Shown: in pieces, positions 1 to 18,518 of the stretch
How the letters are laid out: each line of letters starts with the position of its first letter
Numbering within the stretch: the stretch's first letter is position 1
Source of the DNA: Hormiphora californensis
Taxonomy: Eukaryota > Animalia > Ctenophora
NCBI GenBank assembly: GCA_020137815.1
Contig: CM035359.1
Location: 62,001-126,000, forward strand
Direction: 5' to 3'
DNA: 64,000 nucleotides
Notes under the pieces: model-generated
Seen by the model: only the letters and a program-made list of their open reading frames with translations
Database searches by the model: none
What the model was told of the DNA's origin: nothing
Position numbers and translations under genes: made by a program

Positions 1-155
1 TTGTTGTCACCTTCTTTGTCATGTGTATTTTGTTTGGGACTTCCACGGTTTGAGATGAGCTAAGCTTTAACTCCGTGTTTTCCACCCGACAAGTAACGTT
101 CCCCGGCTGAACCTCCTGCCTCAACTTTACAAGAGCGCTATCTTGATTTGTTGTG
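1..155 (-). pseudogene. Partial tandem duplicate of the Ig-like membrane protein gene (Ig strand plus start of Thr-rich stalk); continues beyond the window
   Basis: Nt ~16-155 match ~1628-1767 with two substitutions; reads TTNQDSALVKLRQEVQPGNVTCRVENTELKLSSSQTVEVPNKIHMTKKVTT. Functional status unknown. Confidence 0.6.
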
Positions 156-2303
156 ATCTGTTAGTGATGCCGTGAATGCCGAGGTATTACCGAAAAACTC
201 CAACAACGCATAACCTGGTTCCTCCTCCTCATTTTTCCACGCAGCGCCACTACTAGGAGATCCCCCTGGGGTACTTTGCCACTCGCTCGTTGAATCCATT
301 ATAAGAGTGTGCTCAATAGGGAGCCCTCTGTGCATCTCAAATTCTTGTCTTGGTAGTGTCGTCACTTGGGAAATCTGTACGTCTGGTGATACCAAAGCAG
401 TCTCGGTCTTCCGCCTTGTTCTACGGATGATCAGAATAGCGGCGATCAAAATAGCTGTCACTGCGAGTGTTAGCACCACTAATAGGATAGGTACCAGAGG
501 GAATGAAGATTTACTCTCTACCATAGTAATCTCTCCAAAGGTAGAGTTACATGTTATCATATCACGACCAGTCACGAAAGTGACTTCAACTTGGAGCTTG
601 TCGGACCCCTCTTCCTTCTTCAAAAAGTAGCCATCGGGCAGGGGGCACTTTATGGTATGATTGTAGATCGGATAACCCTCAATCACCCACGTGAGTTGTT
701 GAACCTCCCCTACAGTATACTCAAGGCTTGTTGGAGGCGTGACAACACCAGGGATTGTGAGCATGGTGTCTGCTGTGTAGCATCCCAGAAAAGGGTGACA
801 CGCTCCACACGTGTACTGCCCTGAGCTACTCTCCTTGTAATCAACCATAGCTACCGCAGTGGCGTGCTGGCTGGATGCCACTGGAATACCGCTGTGGTAG
901 ATTGTTGTATTCTGGAAGGGCATGGTTGGGGTTGTCGTGCAGTTCATTGGGAATCTGTTACCCACGAAGGGAGGCAGTTGGTTTATCGTCGGAGTGAGTG
1001 AATCAGGAACTCGACAATGCCATGCTTCAGTTTTGCTGCTGTAATAAACATCAATTCGATTATTGCAAAGTTCTTCCGAATCAAAGAGTCTCAGGTGACT
1101 TGATGAGTTTGTAATAGCAAGCTTTGTTGAGGACAAACAGGTCAACTGAAGAGTGGGCAAAGATTTAGATTCCGATATTTTGGTTTCCACTCCTCTCTCT
1201 GGATAGTCAGTTACGTAGGCTTCGAAATAATCTAAAACTTTATTAACCGACAATTTCATGCCATAGTTTCTGCCAGTCTCTTCTAGATAGTAGTAGTCTA
1301 AGTAGACGTTCTGCCATCCCGAGACTATATCGATCGAAAGAACGGATCCAAGAAGGGAAATTTTTTGGTAAATCCAAGATCCACCTCTTTTTGCAATACA
1401 TTCCTCGCTACCAACCAGAGGCAGCCGGCTATTGATCTCAGTTGGATCAACAACATAATGATCCTTTGTTGTCACCTTGTTTGGTTGAGTTGTCACATTG
1501 TTCGGTTGAGTTGTCACCTTGTTCGGTTGAGTTGTCACCTTCTTTGGAGGTTGAGTTGTCACCTTTTTTGGAGGTTGAGTTGTCACCTTTTTTGTCACTT
1601 TTCTTGTCGTTATTACTGGAGGTTCTGTTGTCATGTGTATTTTGTTTGGGATTTCCACGGTTTGAGATGAGCTAAGCTTTAACTCCGTGTTTTCCACCTG
1701 ACAAGTAACGTTCCCCGGCTGAACCTCCTGCCTCAACTTTACAAGAGCGCTATCTTGATTTGTTGTGTTGTCTCCAATAGTAATTGTAAGAGGCGGTATT
1801 CCTTCGCCAGTACACTCCACAGTAGCAACTCCGTCATTTGTGAGAATGACAAAATTGGTCACCTGAACAAATGGTGCTGAGCATTTTGTTATTTTTTCCG
1901 CTCCTCTCCAGGATATGGTGTCTACTTTCAAGTCAGTGAACTTGGTACAGGGATATTGATAATAATACCCGTTAATTCGATAGTTGACAATCCACTCTCC
2001 GTTTGTTCGGTTGACCAGTATAGACGACCTCAAATAACATCCCTTCATTCCGTCTGCTGAACTCAACCAAAACCAGTTTTTAGATTTGTATTCCACCTTT
2101 GCAAGCTCTGTATCATTCCCAGCCAATGTCAGCGTTGAGTCAGGGCCATACAGTTCCACCAAAACCAGAAAATCTCCTTCAGGGGGTATCTGAAATGTTC
2201 CGTCCTCTCCCTCCGATCGAACGGCTGCGGTCGACGACTGGCATGATATAGTACCAGTATTGTCAGCGGTTGCAACGGCAAAAAAAATAAGGAAGAGGAT
2301 CAT
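138..2303 (-). CDS. Single-exon type I membrane protein with Ig-like domains and a Thr/Pro/Lys mucin-like repeat (~721 aa)
   Basis: First ATG at 2303 starts a signal peptide (MILFLIFFAVATA). Ig-like Cys motifs ATVECTGEGIPP..GNVTCQVEN and SSGQYTC; (K/N)VTTQP(P/N)K repeats; TM helix FPLVPILLVVLTLAVTAILIAAILII followed by RRTRRK; tail with GYALLEF. Confidence 0.8.
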   Translation of the reverse strand: MILFLIFFAVATADNTGTISCQSSTAAVRSEGEDGTFQIPPEGDFLVLVELYGPDSTLTLAGNDTELAKVEYKSKNWFWLSSADGMKGCYLRSSILVNRTNGEWIVNYRINGYYYQYPCTKFTDLKVDTISWRGAEKITKCSAPFVQVTNFVILTNDGVATVECTGEGIPPLTITIGDNTTNQDSALVKLRQEVQPGNVTCQVENTELKLSSSQTVEIPNKIHMTTEPPVITTRKVTKKVTTQPPKKVTTQPPKKVTTQPNKVTTQPNNVTTQPNKVTTKDHYVVDPTEINSRLPLVGSEECIAKRGGSWIYQKISLLGSVLSIDIVSGWQNVYLDYYYLEETGRNYGMKLSVNKVLDYFEAYVTDYPERGVETKISESKSLPTLQLTCLSSTKLAITNSSSHLRLFDSEELCNNRIDVYYSSKTEAWHCRVPDSLTPTINQLPPFVGNRFPMNCTTTPTMPFQNTTIYHSGIPVASSQHATAVAMVDYKESSSGQYTCGACHPFLGCYTADTMLTIPGVVTPPTSLEYTVGEVQQLTWVIEGYPIYNHTIKCPLPDGYFLKKEEGSDKLQVEVTFVTGRDMITCNSTFGEITMVESKSSFPLVPILLVVLTLAVTAILIAAILIIRRTRRKTETALVSPDVQISQVTTLPRQEFEMHRGLPIEHTLIMDSTSEWQSTPGGSPSSGAAWKNEEEEPGYALLEFFGNTSAFTASLTDHNKSR

Positions 2304-2540
2304 TTTTTGACATAAAATCGCACCATAATAAATCTGAGCTACCAATTACCATCACGATATATCTGGTTACTACTCAAAACACGGAATATGATTCATGCCC
2401 TACTTTCTTTACCAACTAACTATTATGATTTAATATGTCTAGACAAATGCTTTGAAGATTGAATAAAGTAAAAACTGCACCATTACGGTGTTTTTCTGGA
2501 TAAATTCATAAAGCCTACTGAACCTGGATCGTTTGATTTT

Positions 2541-9950
<7,410 letters not shown>

Positions 9951-10280
9951 TTTTCATCGGCTATTATAAACAGAGCCGTGAGTTGTAAGGTTTTAAGATT
10001 TTGTAGTGTGAAATGTAATTGTTAATGTTGATTGGTTATTAGTACCGTTTCTTTCAATTGTAACTAGCCATGTTATATAATATAGCAATGTTATATACAC
10101 TTTAGTTTAGTTTGATGTCAGGAAAACAAATATTAAGTGAAAAATCAACTAAAATAAAATAAATTATAGAGCAATGAAGTTTAAAAAACTAGAACATCTC
10201 TAGTACGTTGACTGAACGATGATAATTCATCCATTTCGAACAAGATAATTATATGGCCCTTTGGAATACGATGTTATAAT

Positions 10281-10389
10281 CAGGAACCGACCGAAACAAG
10301 TAAACAACCAATCAGAACTCGTTATTTAGGTCACGTGACTGGTTATCAGCCAATCAGGGACCAGCATTTCCTGATTTGGTCGGTTCCTG
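10281..10389 (+). mobile_element. MITE-A copy 3, 1 nt after the TATDN2-like stop codon
   Basis: Full element; no clear TSD. Confidence 0.9.
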
Positions 10390-10390
10390 T

Positions 10391-13300
10391 CTAAATGCCA
10401 TACATTTCCGTGACATTCTCCCGGGCCTGCATCAGTACATCATCAAGAGAGATTTCCCTCAACTTTGCAATAGCTTCTCCTATCACAACACCCATACCTG
10501 CAGTAGGTGGTGAAATTAGGGTCAAATTGTTATCCCTGGCATGGCCCCTCGGCAATTATGAGGCAACGTTCGCGTTACAACTGCACCAGCCATACATTAA
10601 CACATCCATCTCTCAAAATGTATTCATTATAAGTTGCTACAATACACAAAATTATATCATCAAAATGAATGTACAGTCGGACCCCGATTTAGGGACACCC
10701 TCGGGGGAAAGGGTCTTGTCCACTAAATCGGGGTGTCCACTAAATCGGGGTGAGCTACATTTGGCCCATAAAAACCTATTTTATGCCCAAAATGCTATAT
10801 TATTAAGACTAAAGACACCTCTAACTGTTATATGCAATATTCATGTATTGATGACATCATCATTTCTGATTAGAAATAGAAAAATATAAAAGTTTTTTTT
10901 TCAAAAAAATGTGAAAAATTTTCTAAGTTATACCAGCCCGTCCGATTTGTGTTTCGAATCGGTGCAGCTTACTGGATGTCCTGTCTAATTAGCGGATTCG
11001 AAACGAACCGATACGTGATACCATGCCGCATCGGGGCACCCTGAGCGGGTGAGGAAGTATCAAAATTTCAAAATAACTTTTTCTCTCAAAATTTATGGGG
11101 AGCACCGATCAAAGCATTGACAATCGTACTGTAAAATTTTGCAAAAAAGTTTTAAAATTTTTTAAAGGTATACCAGCCACATCCGAATCGTGTTTCGAAT
11201 CGGTGCATCTTATCGCATGTCCTGCTGCTAATTAGACGGTTCGGAACGAATCGAAACGTGATCGAATCAAAATTTTGACGCTTGGTGAACTTGTGATTCA
11301 ATGGCCCCATGGGGATCACGTATCGGTTCGTTCCGAACCGTCTAATTAGCAGCAGGACATGCGATAAGATTCACTGATTCGAAACACGATTTGGACGTGG
11401 CTGGTATCTTTTTGAAAAATTTTCAAAAAAATTTCACAAAAAATTTCACAAAAAAAATTCTTGGGGGAAAAAAATCCTGTCCCTAAATCGGGGTGCCACT
11501 AAATCGGGGGACCCTAAATCGGGGTCCGACTGTATCAGCAAACAGCAACTCCACACAATACTAATGAGGTTTAGAAGTCTAATTAGATGACAATTATCCA
11601 ATTACCCATCCCACCAATTAGTACCCTAATTAGGTAATTACCTGGGCTGTTGGTACGAGGATCCTCCTTATCAGCATTCCAGGTACAGGCGGGACGAATG
11701 TAGGGGCTATCAGTCTCAATTAGGATACGATCAAATGGGATTTCCTTAACCACTGACGACAGCTCACTGGTTTTGTACGTCACCAACCCTAAAGAAGGAT
11801 TGGGCACTTTATTACCCAGAAACGAGATTGTGATGAAAAGTGAGTGACATATTACAGTCGGACCCCGATTTAGGGGCCCCCGATTTAGTGGCACCCCGAT
11901 TTAGGGACAGGATTTTTTCCCCCGAGGGTGTCCCTAAATCGGGTTCCGACTGTATAATCAAAGTTATGTACCTGATATTCCAAAGTAAAGGTTAGGAAAC
12001 TGTTCGGCGAGCTCTAAAGCGAGGGAGGGTGATCCAGAATAACTGTGATAGTGTATCTTGTGTTCAACCGGCAACTGAAAGAAATGGTATTTTCTCCTTT
12101 ACAAAATATGGGGTGAGGTGAGGGAGGGTCGGGTGAGGCAAAGAGATGGTATATATGGCACAATCCAAGTTTAAGAAAAAGTCGAACGCGTTTTCATGGA
12201 AACTTAAATTGATGTCACTCACCGTTTCTTTCAGAACTTCAAACACCTCCTTATCAGCACCTCTCCCATGAATAACAACTGGTTTTCCAGCTCTCACTGC
12301 CATCCTTAACTGTTCCACAAACACCTCCCTCTGCCTCGTTTTCCCCTCCTCTCCCCGGTAGAAATCCATCCCTATTTCACCCAGCGCCAAGCACTTGGGG
12401 TGTTCAAGCGCAATGCCAATCGCCAGTAGAATATTTGGAGTGACTTTGGCAGCGTTATGTGGGTGGATCCCGAATGTGCCCCAAACACCTTGTTCCGAGA
12501 GGACGTTCTCCCAGTAGTCGTTGTCTAAAATGGATGGTGGATCGCAGAAACAGGTTATGCAGCCCGCGAAATTGGCGGGAAAATCTCGTTGCCGAATGTA
12601 GGAGTTGAAGGAAAGGTAGTGTTGGCTCCGGGTGTACAGGTAATCAAGATGGCAGTGGGTGTCAATAAATGGAATCTCCGATTTTGGGTACTTTCGTTTG
12701 CCCCGTTTTCGAATCCTGAAGGGTCGTTCTTCTGTTGTTTCATCGGAGGGTGAATCAGATTTACCCGAGTCAGATCCGGAATCAGGAGTTATCCAGACGG
12801 GTGTGGGTGGGGCATCTGGAATATCTTCATCTGGAGAATCTTCTGGGTCTGGAACAATTATCGTTTCTTTTTTCCGTCTCTTACTATCTCTTTCAGGTTG
12901 CGTGGACCTATGACCTAACCGCTGATGAACCTGTCGTGTATCGGAGTGCCACTTCTCAGAGGGAGGGTTAGCAGATAACAATGGAGACCTGCGTCCATAC
13001 TGTGGTGGATGCCTAGGAGGTGACCGGTTACGGAACGCTTCTGGATGCCTTGGAGGTGACCGGTTGCGGCCGTAGTCTTGAGGGTGTCTTGGAGGAGAAC
13101 GGTTGCGGCCGTAGTCGTGAGGGTGTCTTGGAGGAGACCGGATGCCTGGACCGTTTCGTGGAGGAGACCGCTGATGGTAATCTGAATATCTAGGCGGTGG
13201 AAGCCGTGGTGGCGATCGGCCGGGTAACGAGTGTCGACCATGTGGGGGTGATCTGTTTGGGTAACTGTCGCGTTGTCGGGGTGGTGATCTGTTTGGGAAA

Positions 13301-14076
13301 CTATCGCGATGTTGGGGAGGTGATCTGTTTGGGAAACTGTCGCGTTGTTGGGGAGGTGATCTGTTCTTTTCTGAATTTCGAGGAGGGGACCGCCTATCAA
13401 AAGGAGCCTGTTGCCGTGGCGGTGACTTATCCATTAAATTTCTGATACGGGGCGGTGATCTATTTATATTAGGAAGGGGTTCTGAACGTCGGGGCGGGGA
13501 TCGTCGAGGCGGGGATCGTCTTTCAGCAGGATTATCCTGCCTACCGTAGTCAGATGGAGGAGGGCCATAACCATTCTGGCAAGAATTGTACCCATTTTCC
13601 TGTCTATCTGGAACTTGGATATTGCTCTGCCCGAAGTTGGAATTTGGTACAAGACTTTCGTATTCTTTTGCTAGTGACGGTGGTGGGATGTAATCTGGGA
13701 TTGAGATCGGTACACTGTTGTTGAACGGTGGGTTATACCCATTCTGTAGTCCACTATTAGGAGGAGTGGGTATACGACCAGGATTGTTCATTGCAGAGTT
13801 GGTGGGGTATATTTGTGGGAGAGGTGGTATCCCAGTGAGAAAAGGAGGGGGAGGAGGGAGAGTACTCCCCTGTGGTAAATTCCCCTGAGGGCCAGGGTAT
13901 GGTACATTCCCCTGAGGGTATAATTGTTGCGTGGTTTGAGGAGCGTTCCAGGGGTGTTTACCAATGATTTCGTTGTACTGCAAAGAAGGGAGATTGTTAT
14001 TTAAGGGTTATTTAGGCACACGGCAACCAAATTCTGGAAAATAACTAATTTATTATTTAAATGTTCTCACCGGCAT
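10391..14076 (-). CDS. TATDN2: TatD-family DNase, TATDN2-like, with long Pro-rich RSPP-repeat N-terminus
   Basis: Exons 14071-14076 (MP), 12223-13977, 11972-12074, 11642-11788, 10391-10497, all GT-AG and phase-compatible. Motifs FIDTHCHLD, GIHPH, ALGEIGMDF, PVVIHGR, IHYHSYSG, RILIETDSPY, ENVTEMYGI*. Confidence 0.88.
10674..11532. mobile_element. Long MITE-B family element (859 bp) with internal direct and inverted repeats
   Basis: TA-flanked CAGTCGGACCCCGATTTAGGG TIRs; internal block ~10930-11020 repeated at ~11170-11260 and inverted at ~11315-11410. Confidence 0.88.
11855..11952. mobile_element. Short MITE-B copy
   Basis: TA|CAGTCGGACCCCGATTTAGGG...CCCTAAATCGGGTTCCGACTG|TA. Confidence 0.88.
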
Positions 14077-14276
14077 ATTTGAAAGAATCGCCAACTATAA
14101 TATCATAACCAAGACATGTGGACCGATCATGATCTGAGGTAGAGAAATGATTTATTAGACAGATAGTGGAGGGTAGCTAAAAGTAAGAGAGACTGCTCAA
14201 AAGTTATACAAATAAATATCTGACAGGTATTTACAGAGCATAAAAAGCTGACACATTCTCCTCGATCGAGAGACTC

Positions 14277-14867
14277 TTATTGCTGCTTGCAGCCCTCCAT
14301 ATCTCCATCTTGGATGGGCTTGACCTTGCACAGTTCGCTGTATATCTCCTGCTCCAATTGGAGCACATTGGGAGGTTTCTCATAGGAGATCATTAAGGTG
14401 CAATTAGCGTGGGCACAGTTAACGTGACGAGCAAGGAGAGGAAGTTTGTACCGATCCATATCTTCTACACGCAACTTCTTGTAGTACTTCTTATTTTCAG
14501 TTCGTATGATAATATTATTTTCCTCCACAGATATCTTGTAATTAGACATGGGCCAGGGAAGAGGTTGGACACGCCATGAGTAGTGGGATTTGTTGTCTTG
14601 TCTGAAGGCTTTGGGCGTACTCGAACTCTCCCAGAGGAGGTCTGATTTCTGGCTCATTGGCGGTGCGCCAACTTCGTATTCCCAATCAGATTTTTTCCCG
14701 ATCTTTGAGGACTTCTTCCACTTTCGAATTAGCAACTCGCCCGTCTTCATGTCATAATCTTCAGCCATTTCGATATCATTGCCGAATTCATAATGAACTT
14801 TTCTGATACTCCCTTGGACCATCGCCGTTTTTCGGGCGGCGATTAGCTTTTCTTTCCACGCATCCAT
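14277..14867 (-). CDS. DPCD: DPCD (deleted in primary ciliary dyskinesia homolog), intronless, 196 aa
   Basis: KTAMVQGSIRKVHYEF..EMAEDYDMKTGELLIRKW, WEYEVG, WRVQPLPWP, IIIRTENKKYYKK, HANCTLMISYEKP and DGDMEGCKQQ* match DPCD. Confidence 0.93.
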   Translation of the reverse strand: MDAWKEKLIAARKTAMVQGSIRKVHYEFGNDIEMAEDYDMKTGELLIRKWKKSSKIGKKSDWEYEVGAPPMSQKSDLLWESSSTPKAFRQDNKSHYSWRVQPLPWPMSNYKISVEENNIIIRTENKKYYKKLRVEDMDRYKLPLLARHVNCAHANCTLMISYEKPPNVLQLEQEIYSELCKVKPIQDGDMEGCKQQ

Positions 14868-15312
14868 TCTAACTAGGGATCTTGAAGTATCAAAATACTA
14901 TCTTTTTTATATTCTCGCTGAGCACTGAGGGGTACCCGGTACAGCGAAGGGGAGACAAAATGTAGAAAAATCTGAAAAAAACTTGGAAAAAAGTCTGGAA
15001 ATTTTGGAAGTTTTTGCGAGCCGAGGACTCGACTGGCCGAGGACTGCGCGGCGTTAAAATCTGGGTGCGTCTTTAATTTACGCGCAAAACAAGAAATAAC
15101 GCCGCGCAATTAAGGCCGCCGCGCGACACTCAGTTTTAAATTAAAACAAGCTCGCGCAAAATTAAAATCTGGGGCCATCGTTAAAATCTGGGTGTTTCGT
15201 TGGCATGCGCTGCAGACCCCAAGTGCGCGCGTTTTCCACGGCTTCTAAGGGCCTGTAGCATAGGCCAAGGTGTTTCGTGAGGCCAGCGTTAAAATCTGGG
15301 TGTTTTGGGAGT

Positions 15313-15850
15313 GCTGACAAACGGTTTTTTAGGGTTAGGGCTAAAGTAGGGTTAGGGTTAGGGTTGGGGTTTGGGTTGGGGTTAGGCCTTGACATTCCCT
15401 ACCAGATAAACTTTGAATCAGCCAAAACGGTTGAGTGGTTTGGCGGTTAGAGCCATTTTTGTGAATCAACTTTTTTGGCAGCGCGCACCTGTAAACAGGC
15501 CTCCAAACACCCAGATCGTAACGGCGCCCGTTTCGTGAGTTCTGACAAACGGTTTTAGGGTTTGGGCCAAATTAGGGTTAGGGTTAGGGTTCGGGTTCGG
15601 GTTAGGCCTTGACATTTCCTACCAGATGAACTATGAATTAGCCAAAACTGTTGAGTGGTTTGGAGGTTAGAGCCATTTTAGTGAATCAACTTTTTTGGCA
15701 GCACGCACCTGTAAACAGGTCACGAAACACTCAGATCGTAACGGCGCCCAAATCTGGGTGCCTTCAATTGCTAACAATTCATCGATTTTGGTGGTCGAGA
15801 CGGGTTAGGGCTGTTGTTAGGGTCTGGTTAGGGTTTTGTTTGGGGTTACC
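15313..15850. repeat. ~230-bp tandem duplication containing degenerate telomere-like (TTAGGG)n tracts
   Basis: 15313-15528 is similar to 15542-15749; TTAGGG/TTGGGG runs at ~15328-15385, 15554-15606 and 15803-15850; recurring AAATCTGGG motif. Confidence 0.85.
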
Positions 15851-16050
15851 GGTTAGTGCTATCAATTCTCTATCAGATACCGTCTAGTTTGCTCAAGTTG
15901 GCCATGTGGTCGTTTGAAAAAAGTAGGTCTAGAAAATAAAAGTGTACTCTTTTTGCATTCACACGCTCTGTGAGGGTAAATCTCCCAACAAATGTTAGGA
16001 AGCACAATATAACCGGGAAAATGTAGCGAACGGTGACTTCTACTCTCAAA

Positions 16051-18518
16051 ATGAGTTGTGAGGATAAAAAGACTGAACTTGATGCAGCTGCCATACTACT
16101 TTCCCTAAAATCATCTCCCCCTTCATTCCCTAAAACTACAAGCCCCTGCACAAAAGAAGAAAAACCAGGTAACTGTCCAGGGTGTATCAAATAATGCTTG
16201 TGTGTTCTATCTGTAACATATAACGTGACTTCCCACACCCAGGATGTGTCCTCAATCCAAATGCCTTACATTATTTTCCCTCAGAAACGACAAATGGGTA
16301 TATTCCGATATATGATTGGACTCAGGCCCTCCCTACCCTTACCCAGACTGGAAATACGTACAATATCAACCTACAGATGTACAACTCACCAGTTAGATTT
16401 GTTCCAGTACCACTTGACGATGAGGTGAGAGATGACGTCATTATTATTATCAGATTATGACGTCATGAATGCAGATTAGTTTTATTTAGACCCAAAACGG
16501 GATCTAAACATTGATTAAGTTTGTTTAAACTTAGATCTATGTATAAAATCTGTGCTTACTCCTCTCAGAATCCCAACTCTTATATGGAAATGAAGGCTGC
16601 CTTTGTTAAGTTTTGTCAGATCCACAAAGACACAATTGTCCTACGAGATCCCTGTAAGTTCCCACCGTTTGTAACAAACTATATAATAACCATAGGAAAT
16701 TTGGGGTGATTATTATTATTATTAAATCTAAATTTACACAATTGACAATAATTCATAATTGACAATGAATGTGGGTTAAAATGGTGTAGTGTAGCAACTA
16801 ATAGATAAGACAGTGTGCATTTTGTCCTCGGATGTAATTATACATGGAGACAATTACTGTCCCTAATTACTTTTTATTTTTTCCCTCCATTTCCAGCACT
16901 AAAACCAGATGAGATAAACGAAAAGTTGGTTCAACTGTGGTCCAAGTTTCCAGAAGAGGAGAAGTTTGTTTACAGTAAAGTTGCTAAAAATGAGATCCTG
17001 CTAATGCAAGGCAAGGATATTCAACATGTAAAGAAGGAAGAAGGCAACTCGTGTTCTCCCTCTCTTTTCCGGCATCCCGTCTTCCCCAGTAAGTTTGGTT
17101 TTGAAATTATCTATTGACCTTGGCATTTATTGTGTGGCTCATATTGCATTGACACGCTTTGTGAGGGTTAAAAAGATTAAGGTGTTTAATGTTTAATGCT
17201 CTCTATAATTGTTTCTCCATTCACAGGTCCGAGCAAAAGTTTACCCCCGAAGAGTCCGAAAATAGTTCGAATCAAACAGCGCTCACTATCTCTCTCGGAC
17301 AAATCACCGAGAAAAGTTATCGTGCGACGGACGATGTCTCATGATGAGCAACCATTCGCAAAACCCGCTGACAAGGACGGCAAGGCATTTTTAATCCGGG
17401 TCCGGCGCCATTCGATGAACGATGGTATACTTGATCCCTCGCTTGTTGAAAAGATTAACCCATACTTTACCAAAAACTACTCCAAAACGGTCGTGAAACT
17501 GAAACCCGATCTGAGTACTACCACTGCTGCTAATGGGTTCAAGCAAGATCAGGTCATATCGCCCCCCAAACGGAAGACTCTCCCCGAGCCCCCAAAATGG
17601 AACGGTATCAAATCACCCCCGAAACGAACACGGATTATCCAATCAGATATTTTCGATTTCAAATCCTCGGACACCTCCGCGAAACAAGAAAACCAGTTTT
17701 GTACTGAGAGTGACAGAAAGAGCACGGAGACGTATTCGTACAGTCTGCTCAAGGGCGCCAGTAAAACAAGTTCAGTTAACCCCTCGTTTTCATCTCGAAA
17801 AAGTATTGTCAAAAGGATCAATTCCATCCCGGGTAGATGTGTAGCACGACTGAAAACTAAACCTACAACACCACCACCTCATGAGGATGTCCCTCCCTCA
17901 CCCACCTCGAGTGGAGACGTTACCATGGTAACCAGTACCTCAGTGGACTCACTCCGAACCTCCTCCTCGTCCTCATCTTCAGCTGCATCTAGAAATAGTT
18001 ATGAGATTCTGGATGATCCGGTGCTGATTTCACATGCCATTTCAGGTACATTTGGTTTATACAATAAATTTTACAATACATTTGATTTGTACAATACATT
18101 ACACTCACACATGCATACACTCATTTGCAAATTATAATATAGATTTCTTCGTTTGGTCTAGCCTTTGATCTTATTCTGTTTTGATTTCCTGACAAATGTG
18201 TCTTCTACTTAGAATTGGAGCGAGCTAAAAAGATAAAGGGTGGAAGAAGATCCAGCTCGCAGGAAGGACTTACGGACAAAGTATGTAATTATTTCACAGA
18301 AATTTCGAATTTTGTGTTCTATAGATTCCTATTGTAACTCCTAAACTTCTGTTATAGGTGTGTATACGATTTGTTTCGGGAGCACGGCCTTGTCACCCTC
18401 CCCCGATCAGATAACCAGTTTCGTCACAAAAAACCGCTCCGTGTACGGTTCGAAATCAGCTGCACTGTTGTCCATGAGAGAAGTCAAACAGAAGATTCTA
18501 AAACTTCAAAATGTGTAG
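16051..18518 (+). CDS. Capicua-like HMG-box protein with C-terminal C1-like domain (two apparent +1 frameshifts)
   Basis: Exons 16051-16168, 16243-16424, 16569-16653, 16897-17088, 17227-18045, 18213-18280, 18358-18518. HMG box AFVKFCQIHKDTIVLRDPSLKPDEINEKLVQLWSKFPEEEKFVYSKVA. The C-terminus aligns with CIC C1 after removing one base at ~18239 and one at ~18389. Confidence 0.7.

Noticed and set aside
15328-15850. True telomere or chromosome-fusion scar
   Set aside because: Tracts are short, degenerate, on one strand only and embedded in a duplicated unit, with no head-to-head TTAGGG/CCCTAA junction.
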